Assembly: GCA_946965045.2 (NCBI GenBank)
Contig: OX337234.1
Coordinates: 1 to 64,000 of the forward strand
Reading direction: 5' to 3'
Length of the DNA: 64,000 nucleotides
DNA from: Epithemia pelagica
Taxonomy: Eukaryota > Protista > Bacillariophyta
Shown: piece by piece, positions 31,824-43,457 of the stretch
Position numbering within the stretch: the stretch's first letter is position 1
Layout: each line of letters opens with the position of its first letter
Made by a program: the position numbers and the translations under genes
Notes under the pieces: model-generated
What the model saw: only the letters and a program-made list of their open reading frames with translations
What the model was told of the DNA's origin: nothing
Database searches by the model: none

Positions 31824-34800
31824 ATGGAATTGCCTCCGACGACCACAACCAGAACCAGAAGCAGAGGGAGGACGACAACGACCACAGTCCCACAACAAAC
31901 AAGAAGAATGGCCACCACCACGAAAACCAGTGCCGTTCATGGTCCTCGTCAAACCCGCAAACCACCACCAACCACAAGCACATCACGGACGATTCTTTCT
32001 GCGAGGGCACAACACCAGTCATTCCAACGACAAGAACCACAACATGATCCACAACCGTTTGGTTCCACTCACAAGAACGACAATCACAATCGCAACAACT
32101 CCGGCGTCGTTTATCGCTACGCCATTTGCAATGGCTTGTCCAATCAATTTTTGCATCACGTCAGTCACTGGGCCCGTGCTCATGCCGAGGGATACCAACA
32201 AGTGGAAATTCCCAATGCCTTTGTGATGCATGGTGCTCAACAAAACTCGAGCCATAATGTCATGCCTCTACTCGGCGTCAATGCCATTCCTCTGACCCAT
32301 GTCGTGGATACACGACATTTGCAAGACATTTTGCTTCGACACTATCAATTGAACAGCACTCTCGTGCCACCACCCACGTCCCACAACGACAAGAACAACA
32401 ACGACAAGGACGACGAGTGTCCTTCCTTTGCCATTTCCTTGGCGCACGCGTCGCCGACAGTCGTGGCACACTTGTTGCGCGACGCCCTTCGACCCTCGCC
32501 GCAGCACGTCCAGCCCTTGCTCGAGGCCCTCTGGCAGAGTCTGCCCTTGCCCCAAACCGGCATTTGCGTCCATCATCGCACCGGATCCGATTGGCACCGG
32601 CATTGCCATTCCTGGAGTGCCATTTCCGATGGCGTCTATCGCGGCAATTGCGATTTGCAAACGACTACCACCCATACCAACAAGGACTCCCCATCATCCT
32701 CATCGTCGACATTGCTGTCGAGTTTGCAATCCCGAGTCCTCTTTGACCAACAGCGTGGTACGAGACAGCCACAACCACAAGACAGGACAAACACCACTCC
32801 TCACAATACATCGTCTGCCTTGCCGTGGATTTATTATTGTGGCGATCAACCGCACTTGCCCGTCGAACTGGTCTTGGCCTCGCACGAGGCTCACGAAACG
32901 GCCCAGAAATATGGGCGCACCACTTCCCACAACCAAAAGCCCCCGTTGGTCCAAGTCGTGACATCGCGACCCCACATTTTGAAGCAACAACAAGCACGAC
33001 AACAACGACAGCAACAGCAACAACAAGGAGTCGACGATCAAAACCATACACAACCATCCTTTGCCGACTTGTGGGAGCGCGAACGACGCTTGTTGATCAA
33101 GCAGTATGGCTTGACGCAGTTATCGGCCCACAAGGACACGGACTGGCAATCCCAACATGCTCGCGATTGGGGCGCGCTGCTCGACTTTTTTACCTGTCGA
33201 CACTTGCCACAATTTGTCGGCAATTCCGTCTCCACCTTTTCGGCCTTGCAAATTGCCCTGCGACAAGAAGAACCGCCAGTAATACCAACCACACCATCAA
33301 CAGCATTATCCGTAACAACTCCCCAAACTGACCCACTCCATCAGAGACTGGACCCAACTGGGTCGATCCAACAGAACCCAGAATTGTCTTGGTCCTCCGA
33401 GCCCGCCCCCTCCTTACCCACGGCCGCCTATTGGTACAATTCGCAATCCATTCCACTCAGTCTCATGTGGAACATTTACGACATTCCCTTGGTCTACACC
33501 TTTACCGAAGAATCCATGGCCAGTGGCCAATACTTGTTGCAAGCCTCCATTGCGTCGGCCCGCTACCACATGCCTCCCACGACACCGATTCATGTCTTGT
33601 ATCACGGATACAACAACACGCGGTTTCGACACTGGCTCGTCCACACGGCGCGTGTCACGTTGCATCAACACGAGAATATTACGTGGAAGACGGATCTGGA
33701 AGAAATGCGACAGCACGGCGATGTCACCAAATCGCACTTGTTTTTGCATGCCGGCAATTACTTTGGAACCTGGCAACGCATTGATGTGCCCTTGTACGTT
33801 CAGGCCGAATATGCCCTCTTGCTCGATTCCGATACCATTCTCCAACAAGGCTTTGGCTTGGCCGATTTGGGCTTGAATTTGACCACGAGCATTGCCATGA
33901 GTTCCGAACTCGAATATCCCCTCGCCACACCCGCCAATGCCGGTGTCCTGCTCATGAATCTTCCGTACTTGCGTCAAACCTATGATGACTTTCTTCACTA
34001 CATACTCTCGCACAAGGAGACGGGAGGCGTTTTTGGCAGACATCCCTCGCCCAGTGATCAAGGAGCCTACTTGACCTTTTACAACGACACCGTCCAGTAC
34101 CTGGACTATACCTTTAATGCCAAACCCTACTTTCGAACCACCACCACACGTGCCAATGCACGTTGGCAGGAAGAAGAAGAACAAGAAAAAGGACAAGGAT
34201 CCAGAGGAAAACGCCAACGTCCTCGTCGTCGCCGGCGGGTCCACAAAAACACCAACAAGAAACAGAAACAGTCTCGTTCCGAACCGGTGCACAAGATTGT
34301 GCATTTTCACGGCCCGAAACCACATCACTTCTTGAGTTACATCTTGTTTGGACAAGACTGTCCCGAAGCTTTTGGTCATTTGTGTGCCATGAGTTGGAAC
34401 GAGGCTCCGGAATCGCTTTGTCACGCCTTGGCAGCCTTTGCGCAGGCGTCCTTCTTGTCGTCGTCAATCGACGACGACGATGACGAATTACTCGCTCCTT
34501 CCAAGAACCAAACCTCCAACAGCACCATCCACCTGGGATATTGCCACGCCTCTTTTGCCCCCGACACCCTACAAGTGGAAACCTGTCACCGTGTCATGAA
34601 GGCGTTGGCCGCCGGAGCTGCTCCCAGCGCTGCTCTTGTTGTGGAACCTGATCGTCGCAACATTTGTGCCAATGCTGGAGAGTTTACCCGCTTCTTGATT
34701 GCCAGCATGGTACAACAAAACATGACGGCCTGGATGACACTGCCACCACCAGCACGGAGACAACGGGGACGGTTGGTTTCTTTTGACAGCACGACCCATT

Positions 34801-35222
34801 CCCATTATGTCTCGTCATCGTTCTCGAATGGAGTATTGCACCAGTATTCCTGGATCCGACCCATGGTCTACCTCCTATTGGTGGTGACACTGGTGGGACA
34901 GTGGGCTGCGAAACGCCAGTCGAGAGATTCGACCGAAGCATTGCTGTCGAAAAGCAAACGACGACGTTCCCACAAGAAATCATCACGCCATTCATCCACT
35001 CGTCGTTCGGACAGTGATGATGATGCGGAGGCAACAAAACAATCGTCCAGATCTCATCGCGGCAAGAAACGACACAAGCATTCCACACACAACCCGCGAC
35101 AAACGCCACAACCATGGTACAGTAGCTTGCCACGTGTCCATGTCCTGTTTCTGTTGCTCTGTGCCGTTGTCAGTCTCGATCAAATGTTGCAGTCGCTGTT
35201 ACTCTCGGCACTCTCTGCCTAA
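31824..35222 (+). CDS. Two-domain glycosyltransferase: O-fucosyltransferase-like + GT8-like, with C-terminal hydrophobic helices
   Basis: N-terminal half: CNGLSNQ, VHHR..SDW, FVGNSVSTFS (POFUT-like). C-terminal half: LLLDSD (DxD), NAGVLLMNL, SDQG, FNAKPY, IVHFHGPKP (GT8-like). The start codon is uncertain; the ORF is open from 31758. Confidence 0.7.
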   Translation: MELPPTTTTRTRSRGRTTTTTVPQQTRRMATTTKTSAVHGPRQTRKPPPTTSTSRTILSARAQHQSFQRQEPQHDPQPFGSTHKNDNHNRNNSGVVYRYAICNGLSNQFLHHVSHWARAHAEGYQQVEIPNAFVMHGAQQNSSHNVMPLLGVNAIPLTHVVDTRHLQDILLRHYQLNSTLVPPPTSHNDKNNNDKDDECPSFAISLAHASPTVVAHLLRDALRPSPQHVQPLLEALWQSLPLPQTGICVHHRTGSDWHRHCHSWSAISDGVYRGNCDLQTTTTHTNKDSPSSSSSTLLSSLQSRVLFDQQRGTRQPQPQDRTNTTPHNTSSALPWIYYCGDQPHLPVELVLASHEAHETAQKYGRTTSHNQKPPLVQVVTSRPHILKQQQARQQRQQQQQQGVDDQNHTQPSFADLWERERRLLIKQYGLTQLSAHKDTDWQSQHARDWGALLDFFTCRHLPQFVGNSVSTFSALQIALRQEEPPVIPTTPSTALSVTTPQTDPLHQRLDPTGSIQQNPELSWSSEPAPSLPTAAYWYNSQSIPLSLMWNIYDIPLVYTFTEESMASGQYLLQASIASARYHMPPTTPIHVLYHGYNNTRFRHWLVHTARVTLHQHENITWKTDLEEMRQHGDVTKSHLFLHAGNYFGTWQRIDVPLYVQAEYALLLDSDTILQQGFGLADLGLNLTTSIAMSSELEYPLATPANAGVLLMNLPYLRQTYDDFLHYILSHKETGGVFGRHPSPSDQGAYLTFYNDTVQYLDYTFNAKPYFRTTTTRANARWQEEEEQEKGQGSRGKRQRPRRRRRVHKNTNKKQKQSRSEPVHKIVHFHGPKPHHFLSYILFGQDCPEAFGHLCAMSWNEAPESLCHALAAFAQASFLSSSIDDDDDELLAPSKNQTSNSTIHLGYCHASFAPDTLQVETCHRVMKALAAGAAPSAALVVEPDRRNICANAGEFTRFLIASMVQQNMTAWMTLPPPARRQRGRLVSFDSTTHSHYVSSSFSNGVLHQYSWIRPMVYLLLVVTLVGQWAAKRQSRDSTEALLSKSKRRRSHKKSSRHSSTRRSDSDDDAEATKQSSRSHRGKKRHKHSTHNPRQTPQPWYSSLPRVHVLFLLLCAVVSLDQMLQSLLLSALSA

Positions 35223-36069
35223 GGAACCAGCCAACCACAGTGTGGTTGGACCATGCATGCAAGAGCACCAAAGAAAGGTACACAACGGCAATTTTGACTT
35301 TTGTTGGGATGTTTCAAGGCTCGACAATGGGATGCTGTTGGCTCAAGACAAGAGATTTCGTTTTCGTGATACACAAGGAGAGTGGATTTCCCCCGAAATC
35401 CATGGTAGGACAACTCAAAGGGAACCAAGATCAAGATCCTAGGATAAGATGTAACCTACGGTAGGTTCTACAAGTTATTCTGCTGCGAAAACACACATAT
35501 ATACCAATGTATTCCGAATCAACTCTCCAAAGAGACTTTTGTCAATTCTATCGACAGAGATACAGTCACCGGACGGCAGTCAATGACGCTCAATGACATG
35601 GAACTGGGCAATGTAGGTAGTATGTTGCTACCAATCTTGTTTCGATTCTCTCATAAATGTATGTAAGTACCTATAGTTAGTCTGTGATTGTGTGATGGAA
35701 ACGGTAACACCATGATGGTCCATGGCTCGTTTTTGTGTGGGAGGTGAAATCATGCGTGCACCGGTAGCTAGCTGTGTGGGGTTTGAATATGCAAAAAGTG
35801 CTTGGTTTGTAATGATAATGATGAAGAAACAGAAGTGCTGCTTGTGTAGTGTGGTTTGTTTTGGTGATCGTCCTTGTGTCATTCGTTTCAGTTTGGTCGA
35901 CTCCCGTCACTGGTGAGATTGACCCGAATGAGGCAAGATCCAGCGTCGTATTCAATGGGATGCATCAAGACAGGTAGTTCGAACGACTGGAACTGTACAC
36001 GCGTTATCAACGATACCAACCAACCACGTGTTCTAATATAGGGCTAGACGAAATGGTCAGTTGCAATGG

Positions 36070-38909
36070 TCAGACAGTATAGTGTCCAATCCATGGCCCA
36101 TCCGAGGCACATTCCATCATGGGATCCCCAGTAGCAGGTGACGACAAGGACGAAGACGATGCTTCATCATCACCGACAGTGGGAACATGAAGCCTGGTGC
36201 TGCCGGTTGTGTTGCGATCCATCTTTTTCTCCTTGATGTCTTGATGATGATGATCCAGAAGCTTACTTCCTTGTTGGTCCTTGACAAGCTTGTTGTTGTT
36301 GTTGATGTTGTCGCTTTGGGGTGCCGTCATCCAGGGGGAAGAAGAAGACAACCACGAGCCTGACGACGACGATGAGGCAGTCGAAACAGTCCGCCCCGTG
36401 TCTTTCTCACCGTGGCTCTTGCCGATAGTCCGTTGCTTGGGTGGTTGTTCATGACCAGGATTCGATTGGTCCTTGTGGTCCGGTTGATTTCTTGGAGCAT
36501 GGTCCTCCACCTGGAGCAAGGCATGGTCCTCCTCTTCTTCTTGTTCTTGTTGCGGCTCGCCCGTGTCTTGAACTTGTTCCATTCCTTCTCGTTTTTGCAC
36601 TTGCAGCGAGATTTCCTGCCAATCCACGCGTCCACCAAAAATGGCGGTACACATGACGACACTAATCATCAAATAGGGCGGCCACATCCACGTCCAAACG
36701 GCCAACAATCCGCCCTCTTGCACGACGGCAAAGTAATAGGCCGACGGCATGCCGACGCCCCAGAGAGAAATGACGGTCACGACGCCCAAGGTCCATTGCA
36801 ATCCCAATCCAATCGACATGCCAATGACCATGGCATAAATGCTCAAGACAAAGTAACAGACGGCCACATTGGGCCAAATGAGGGCACACCAGTCTTGGAC
36901 GTCCGCGTCTTGCGTAAAGATGGACACAATCAAGTCTTGTAACACATAGAGCAGGACCGACACGACGCCAAAGGCGGCCATGCAAATGGTCAAGGTAGCC
37001 AAGGCCAAGGTTTTGGTTTGCGACACGTCATGGGAAATCAAATTGCCCATGCGAATGCTCAAGGCCATGGCAATGCCAAAGGGGATCATAAACAAGACAT
37101 CCAAGACGGCGGCCGGAATGGTATGGGCCGAGAGGGGCAACACACCAAAGGTTCCCACCATTAAATACAAGGCTTCCCAATAGACCCATTCCAAAAAGGC
37201 CAAAATGCCCCCCAATCCCAAACTCACATAGGCCCACAGCGCTTGTGGGGGCCACAGGGCTTGGTGCCAACACTGACGCCATCCGGGCCAGGTTTCGGGC
37301 ACGTGCGGTTTGTACCAGCCCAACAAGGCGGCCACGACGACACATTCGACCAAATAAAAGACGAGCGTCGCCACAGCCGGTCCCACAAACCCCAGCGCAT
37401 GGCCCAACAAGGGCAAGGCCAGGGGATAGACAACCAAGGTGGACACGAGGGTGGCCACGGTCAAGGGCCACAAAATGGATTGGGCGGCCAGAAATTTCCA
37501 TTGAATGTAAAAGAGGGTATAAAAGGGAAAGGTCAAGGAATAGACACAAAAGTATCGGTAGGCATAATAGGTGGCATCTTCATCCTGACCCATGGCTTGT
37601 AAAATGCGCGGCATGCACCAGTACAACAAGACATTGACGGGCAAGACGACCACGACCGTGGCCACAACGTAGCCGCGCACGGCCAACAAGCCCACTTCGC
37701 GAAAATTGCCTGCGCCAAAGGCTTGCGGAGACAAGGTGTCACTGCAACAATCATAATAATATATAGAATAGAAAGAGAATGGACCGACAAGAAAGGAACC
37801 ATCACGCGTTGTGAGATGTTGTTGTTGTTGTTGTTGTTGTGGTGCGTGTTGAGGGGGTATTCTAGACTATGACCTGTCATTCATACAACACCAGGTCCCT
37901 ACAAACCAAACAGACAACCGCATCACAGCAGTACATACCTGGCATTGAACAAGCCTTGCAAGAGCGTGCCTTGAAAGATATTGGCCGTGACACTGGCCAG
38001 GGCATAGCCCACCAAGTGCGTGGGTCCAAAGTGTCGTCCAATGTACGAAGCGGTCCAAAAATGGGGAATCATGAGGGTCAAATTGATCCAAATACTGGGC
38101 AAACTCAATTCCGTCAAGGTGGACCATTGCGAGGATGACGACGAAGAGCGACGGCCACCACACGAGCAACACCAACGGTGCCAGGCCACGGTCCAACCCG
38201 AGGTGGATGCCGACATTGTGGACATGGACGACAAGGTGGACAGTGTGGTCGTGGCTGTGGTACTCGTTGTCGTCGAGGGTGGCACTGGTGTCACGAATGC
38301 CGTCGTCGTTGTCGACGAAGAGGAAGAAGAAGAAGATGTGGAGAATGGACCGACGGGCACAAAGCCGGTCTTGATTCGTGATTGCAATTCTTGTTGGGGA
38401 GAGAAGGCTGATGATGATTCGGAGGAGGAGGAGGAAGAAGAAGAAGAGGATGTGGAGGATTGCAAGGGATCCGCCAAACGTTGGCCTTTTTTCTGTTGTT
38501 GTGGTTGTTGTTTGGGCAATAACAATGGATTGGATTCGTCTTGTGAGGAGGACAAGACGTGTTCTTCTTCTACTGGTTCTTTTTGCTGCTGTGATTCGGT
38601 AGGATAGCGTTCGGGAGGATCGGCAAAGGAGACCATGAGGGGAGAAGCAGTACTTTGCGTATCAAAAAACACTTCCATTTCATCGTCGTCCTCTTGTATT
38701 CTGGTTGTAGTTTCTTGTATTCTGGATGCCGTCTCTGGGTCTTGTAGTAGTATTCTGGCAGTTTCTTCTTCTTGCGATGATTCCTCTTGCGGTGTTTCTG
38801 ATGTTGCTGCCTGTGAATCATAGAATCCTTCTTCGTCTTGTTGTTGTTGTTCCTCTTCGGGGGAAGCCACCAAGAGCTGTCGTCGTAGTATCCGATTGTC
38901 TTGGTTCAT
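36070..38909 (-). CDS. MATE family efflux transporter paralog (exons 37939-38909, 36070-37741)
   Basis: Intron 37742-37938 sits at the same LFNAS-DTLSPQAFGA position as in the plus-strand copy; EWVYWE is present. Long acidic/Ser-rich N-terminus. Confidence 0.9.
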
Positions 38910-40386
38910 TGTTGTAGTAGTGCAAGCTCTATTGTTGCGTTCGTCTTGTTGTTCTTGTTGTTGTTATTATTATTATTCTTGATTGGTTAGTGTTGCACAT
39001 GGGCAACGTTCGTACTTTGTATATTTTGTGTGGTTTCACAACAATTTATTTACTTCTCTCGACCATCCAAGAACATGGTCCGGCCTTGCCTTTTTCCAGA
39101 TAATAACGCAGCAACCAACAATACTGTTCCACCACTTTGTGTTGGCATTCAGAAAAGCGACCAATCAGCAGCAGCAGCAGCAGCAACCAAAAGACGAATG
39201 CACACACCACCACAGATCCCAAGGTGCAGCTGTCGGATTTGTTCTCTCTCCAAACCAAGAAGAAGCAGCTCAAATTGAGACAAAAACCAAACAAAGCAAA
39301 AGACACTCCGCCTCTCAAATGGCGGTGAGTGATGGTGCACCCTCGCGACCCAATCAAAAGACGACACTCCCGAAACGCAACGGCTCCATCCTCCACGTAG
39401 TCGCTCTTGGTTCGCGCTGAAAATGATTGGCTGTCGCTGAGTGTCCATGAGTTGTCGCATAGATGTCTCTCCAGTGTCGCATCTACTTCTGGCCGTATGT
39501 CCCAATATGGGTCTGGCCGGATGTCCCATTTCATCAGCGTCTGGCCGCATGTCCATCAGTCGTATAAAACAGTCATCTCAATAGACCTTTAGTAGTACTA
39601 TCCAGCTTCACACCATCGAATGTTATTCTTCTTGTCAAATGCAGAATCGTGATGGATGCGATCGGTTGTGACCCAACCAACCAGCTCGAGCACTCTTGGT
39701 TCCCACACACACATGCGTCACACTGATGTGTTGGATGCGAACGCCCCTCCATGGACAAACAAGACCCACCGGCTTGCTGGTGCTATGTGCTATTGCAAGG
39801 ATGAATCTTGTAAAACCATCAGTCTTGTATTGTAAAATCACCTCTATGAAAAATTGATCTGGGTTCGGACGCGTGCAGAGTCGGAGAGTTTGATAGAAGA
39901 CATCACGTGCCAACAGCCAATCGCAACTGGAACAACGGACTCGCAACGGAGACGATACAACTTATATCAAATTGGAATGGGACAGCGTTGTATAAGCATC
40001 GAGGCTCGAGTCTTGCACCGGACGCGGTCCGTTCTCACAATTTGAGAATCGCAACGACTGGCCAAATTTGGTAGCTAGCACAATGGTCTCTCGTTTCCCC
40101 AACGACTCTTTTTCTCTCTCTCCTGTTATAGACCCCGAAATGAGCGCCAAATTTTGTCAGGCCTCTACCTATCACATACATATTGGTACAGTCCGAACCC
40201 GACGAAAACAGGTTCGTCAATGACCCAAGTGATCCATGGACTTCCTCCAATCTACCGGAGTAGAGTTTTTTCAACTCTCGTGTTCGGATGCCACAGTCTC
40301 TCCCATAAATTTGTTGGCTTGTCCAAACACAGCACAATTGTTTTTTCACACGTTTTGGTATTGTTTTGTGGTTGGACACTTGCACC

Positions 40387-41418
40387 ATGAGAATTTCGCT
40401 CTTGTCTCTTGTGCTTACAGGCAGCGCGGCCGTCGTCCAGGCCTGGGACGAACCCATGCATGACGATTACAGTCCGTACGATGACGACATGTACGACGAT
40501 GACATGTACGACGATGACTACTACGGCGGCAAGGGCAAGAAAGGTGGCAGCGGCAAAAAGGGCGGCAGTGGCAAGAAAGGCGGTGATTACGATGACTATT
40601 ACTACGATGACTACTACGAACGGTGTTATTACTACCCCACCTCGTACGGCTGTCCCGATTACGACAAATGCGAACACTATCCCATGAGTGATGGCTGTTA
40701 TCACATTTGCGATTATCATCCCTACTACTATGGCTGCGACGATTACGATCCCTGCTTCACCAATCCCTACCTCTGTTACGATGATGATTACTACTACGAT
40801 GACGATTACAGTGGCAAGAAGGAGAGTGGCAAGAAGGAAGGAGGAAGTGGCAAAAAGGGCGGATACGATGACTACTTCTCCTACGATGACGATTACAGTG
40901 GCAAGAAGGGAGGCAGTGGCAAGAAGGAAACGTACTATGACGATTACATTTACTTGGATGATTACTACTACTTTGACGATGATTACTACTACCATCCCTT
41001 CCCCGGTGTCCCCTACTACGATCATGACTATAATTACGGCTATGGATACGGATATGGATACGGCCATGGATACGGATACGGTTACGGCTATGGCGGCTGC
41101 GGCTACTACGGATACGACGATGACTACTCGTATGGAGGCAAAAAGTCGGGCGGCAGCGGCAAGAAGGGTTCCGACGACGACTATTACTATGGCGATGACA
41201 TCTTCTACTGTGGTGGTGGCTATGGTGGCGGCTACGGCGGTGGCTATGGCTTCCCCTTCCCTGGCCAAAGATATCCCATTGTGGCCTTGCTCCCCATTGG
41301 CTTTGGCGGATACCGACCTCCCATGCGACCCTACCAGCCTCCCATGCCCTACTACCCAACGCCGGACCCACCATCGCCCAGTGGCAAAAAGAGTGGCAAG
41401 GGTGGAAAGCGATTATAA
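40387..41418 (+). CDS. Secreted Tyr/Asp/Gly/Lys-rich protein, cingulin/silaffin-like (putative biosilica-associated)
   Basis: Signal peptide MRISLLSLVLTGSAAVVQA, repeated SGKKGG/SGKKE blocks alternating with DDYYY tracts, a GY repeat and a Pro-rich C-terminus. Confidence 0.7.
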   Translation: MRISLLSLVLTGSAAVVQAWDEPMHDDYSPYDDDMYDDDMYDDDYYGGKGKKGGSGKKGGSGKKGGDYDDYYYDDYYERCYYYPTSYGCPDYDKCEHYPMSDGCYHICDYHPYYYGCDDYDPCFTNPYLCYDDDYYYDDDYSGKKESGKKEGGSGKKGGYDDYFSYDDDYSGKKGGSGKKETYYDDYIYLDDYYYFDDDYYYHPFPGVPYYDHDYNYGYGYGYGYGHGYGYGYGYGGCGYYGYDDDYSYGGKKSGGSGKKGSDDDYYYGDDIFYCGGGYGGGYGGGYGFPFPGQRYPIVALLPIGFGGYRPPMRPYQPPMPYYPTPDPPSPSGKKSGKGGKRL

Positions 41419-42684
41419 ACGACGACCTCGCGTATTCCTCAAGATGATGACGATGATGGTGACCAGAAGAAGACGAATGACGCAAGTGTTGTTGTCGTCG
41501 TCTAGGTGGTAATGGTGAACGCTCCCCAAGATGGTACAGTTTCAGACCGTATCGGTTGATGGGGGCGAGGAGGAGGATTGGTCCCAGTGTGTGTTGTGGT
41601 GCAGTTTGGGAACGTTTCTTGCCCTGGATTGTATGTTGTGATTGGTGAATTTCTATATATTATACTTGCATGAATGGAAGAAGAAAAAAGGGCGGAACGA
41701 GATGCAACTCTACACACACTACAGAATTTGGCATTGGTGCTCGATTCTATACACTCTTATTTTTATTGTAACAAAAGATCTTTCCATTCATTCATTTTCT
41801 TTCATCCAAAGCGTCCATGCATAACATGGACTATCGTACGAAGCGGCTCATTGTTCCAAGTCTGTGGAATGGGGCGCAGGCGGACAAAGAAAAAGGATCG
41901 ACGACTATCATAGCTGGCATAGTTCCAGCGACGCTAAATCGCCTCTGAGTCGCTTCAATAGTGCGCTCTGTACACATGCGCGCAAGATGACTATCGATCT
42001 CGCGCGAGCGCAGCACCTCTGTCGCCGGTCGTGATACCGACCCCGCAAAATTGAGCCTACGGACACAAAATGTAAGAATGGTTCTGCAGTCGTGTGCAAA
42101 CGGCCAGAACAAACACTCCTTTGGAGAGAGAGTGTGTGCCTTGTCATAGCAGGGCTTGAAACTTGCAAGCAGCGAGGGGTTCGGTTGTCTATCAAGACTG
42201 AACAACGGCCATAGTGCAGAGCAGCGAAAATCAGGAATGCTCTACACTTGCTGTCACAAGGCAAAAGCCTCGTGATTGTAAGTACTTGCTAGGAACAAGA
42301 TTCCTAGTTGTAGAAGAAATGCTTTACTTGAAATGTCCAAGAATAAAAGTTTTGTGAACCCAAAAGACAAAAAATGACAATCATCGGGTCAAAATGGTAA
42401 AAAACTGCGTTGTAAAAAAGAATGGGACAGGGTTTTTGACGGAAGTTGGGGAAATCGGCCCTATTATGCACAATCAGGGTTTTGTGGCAAAAAACAAGGT
42501 CTCTAGGTAGGGGGGGGGGGATGCACGAGGATACACGACCACTAATGGAATGTGGACATCTCTTATCTCTAGAGATCCACAGCTGCCATATCTCTGGCTG
42601 GTCAATCCTTTCAAGTGCACTGAAACCTGGTGTCGTATTGTGTCATCGGAGACAAATTGTGGGTACGATATTGGTGCGTCACAA

Positions 42685-42985
42685 AGAGGGCATATATAAA
42701 TTTGAACGCGAGCCCGCTCTTATCGCGACGGCCCGCTCGATTCGGGTTGGCCTGCTCGATTTTCCCATATCGGGCTGGAGTGCACATATCGGGATAGCCC
42801 GATCATATCGGGCTAGCCCGATCATATCGGGCAAACAACGTGTAAAATCACAAAATAAAATGCACAGATCGGGCTGGCCCGATCGTATCGGGCCAGCCCG
42901 ATCAGATCGCGCTGGAATGCTCATATCGGGCTGGAATGCTCATATCGGGCATTTAAATTCAATAGCCCTTTAGATAGCCCCTCTC
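42685..42985. repeat. Cluster of ATCGGG/CCCGAT direct and inverted repeats, possible MITE remnant
   Basis: Multiple ATATCGGGC and GCCCGATC units in both orientations, with loosely inverted outer ends (AGGGC...GCCCT). Confidence 0.45.
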
Positions 42986-43457
42986 AGAAATAAGAACACA
43001 ATACACATATTATAGCAAATTATTGATGAATATATCATATTGCAAAGTCCAACATATGGAAAAAGGGCAAAGAGTGTCATATTCATATTAAAAACGTGAA
43101 GCTGTTGTCATATCGGCACTCACATATGACAAACGACTGCGGTGGAATGTCGAATGTGGAAGATATGGATCTTGTATTGGGTATGCCTTTTGGTTTTTGC
43201 TTGAAAACCAACGACCAACCCTCAATCAACCTCAACCCTGACCCTGTCCCTGTGGAACACAACATAACAAGGCATCCCCGTTGTTGTAGCTAGTGTATAC
43301 CATGCGTAGACCCTATTCTATGCATACTTCGGGTGGGCGGGCTGATTTCCCCAACTTCCGACGCTGGTTGTGTTGGTTATGAAAAAAAGAGTCCAATTTT
43401 TTCCCACGAGTGGTAGAAAAGAAAAATGACACATGTTGTTGCGCTTTCGACGACCAT

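Noticed and set aside
39430-39555. Three copies of TCTGGCCGNATGTCC
   Set aside because: A short degenerate local repeat with no supporting context; no function can be argued.
40252-41512. Overlapping hydrophobic, Thr/Met-rich and His/Arg-rich ORFs in other frames
   Set aside because: They are alternative-frame by-products of the repetitive Tyr/Asp/Gly gene; only that frame has a signal peptide and a coherent composition.
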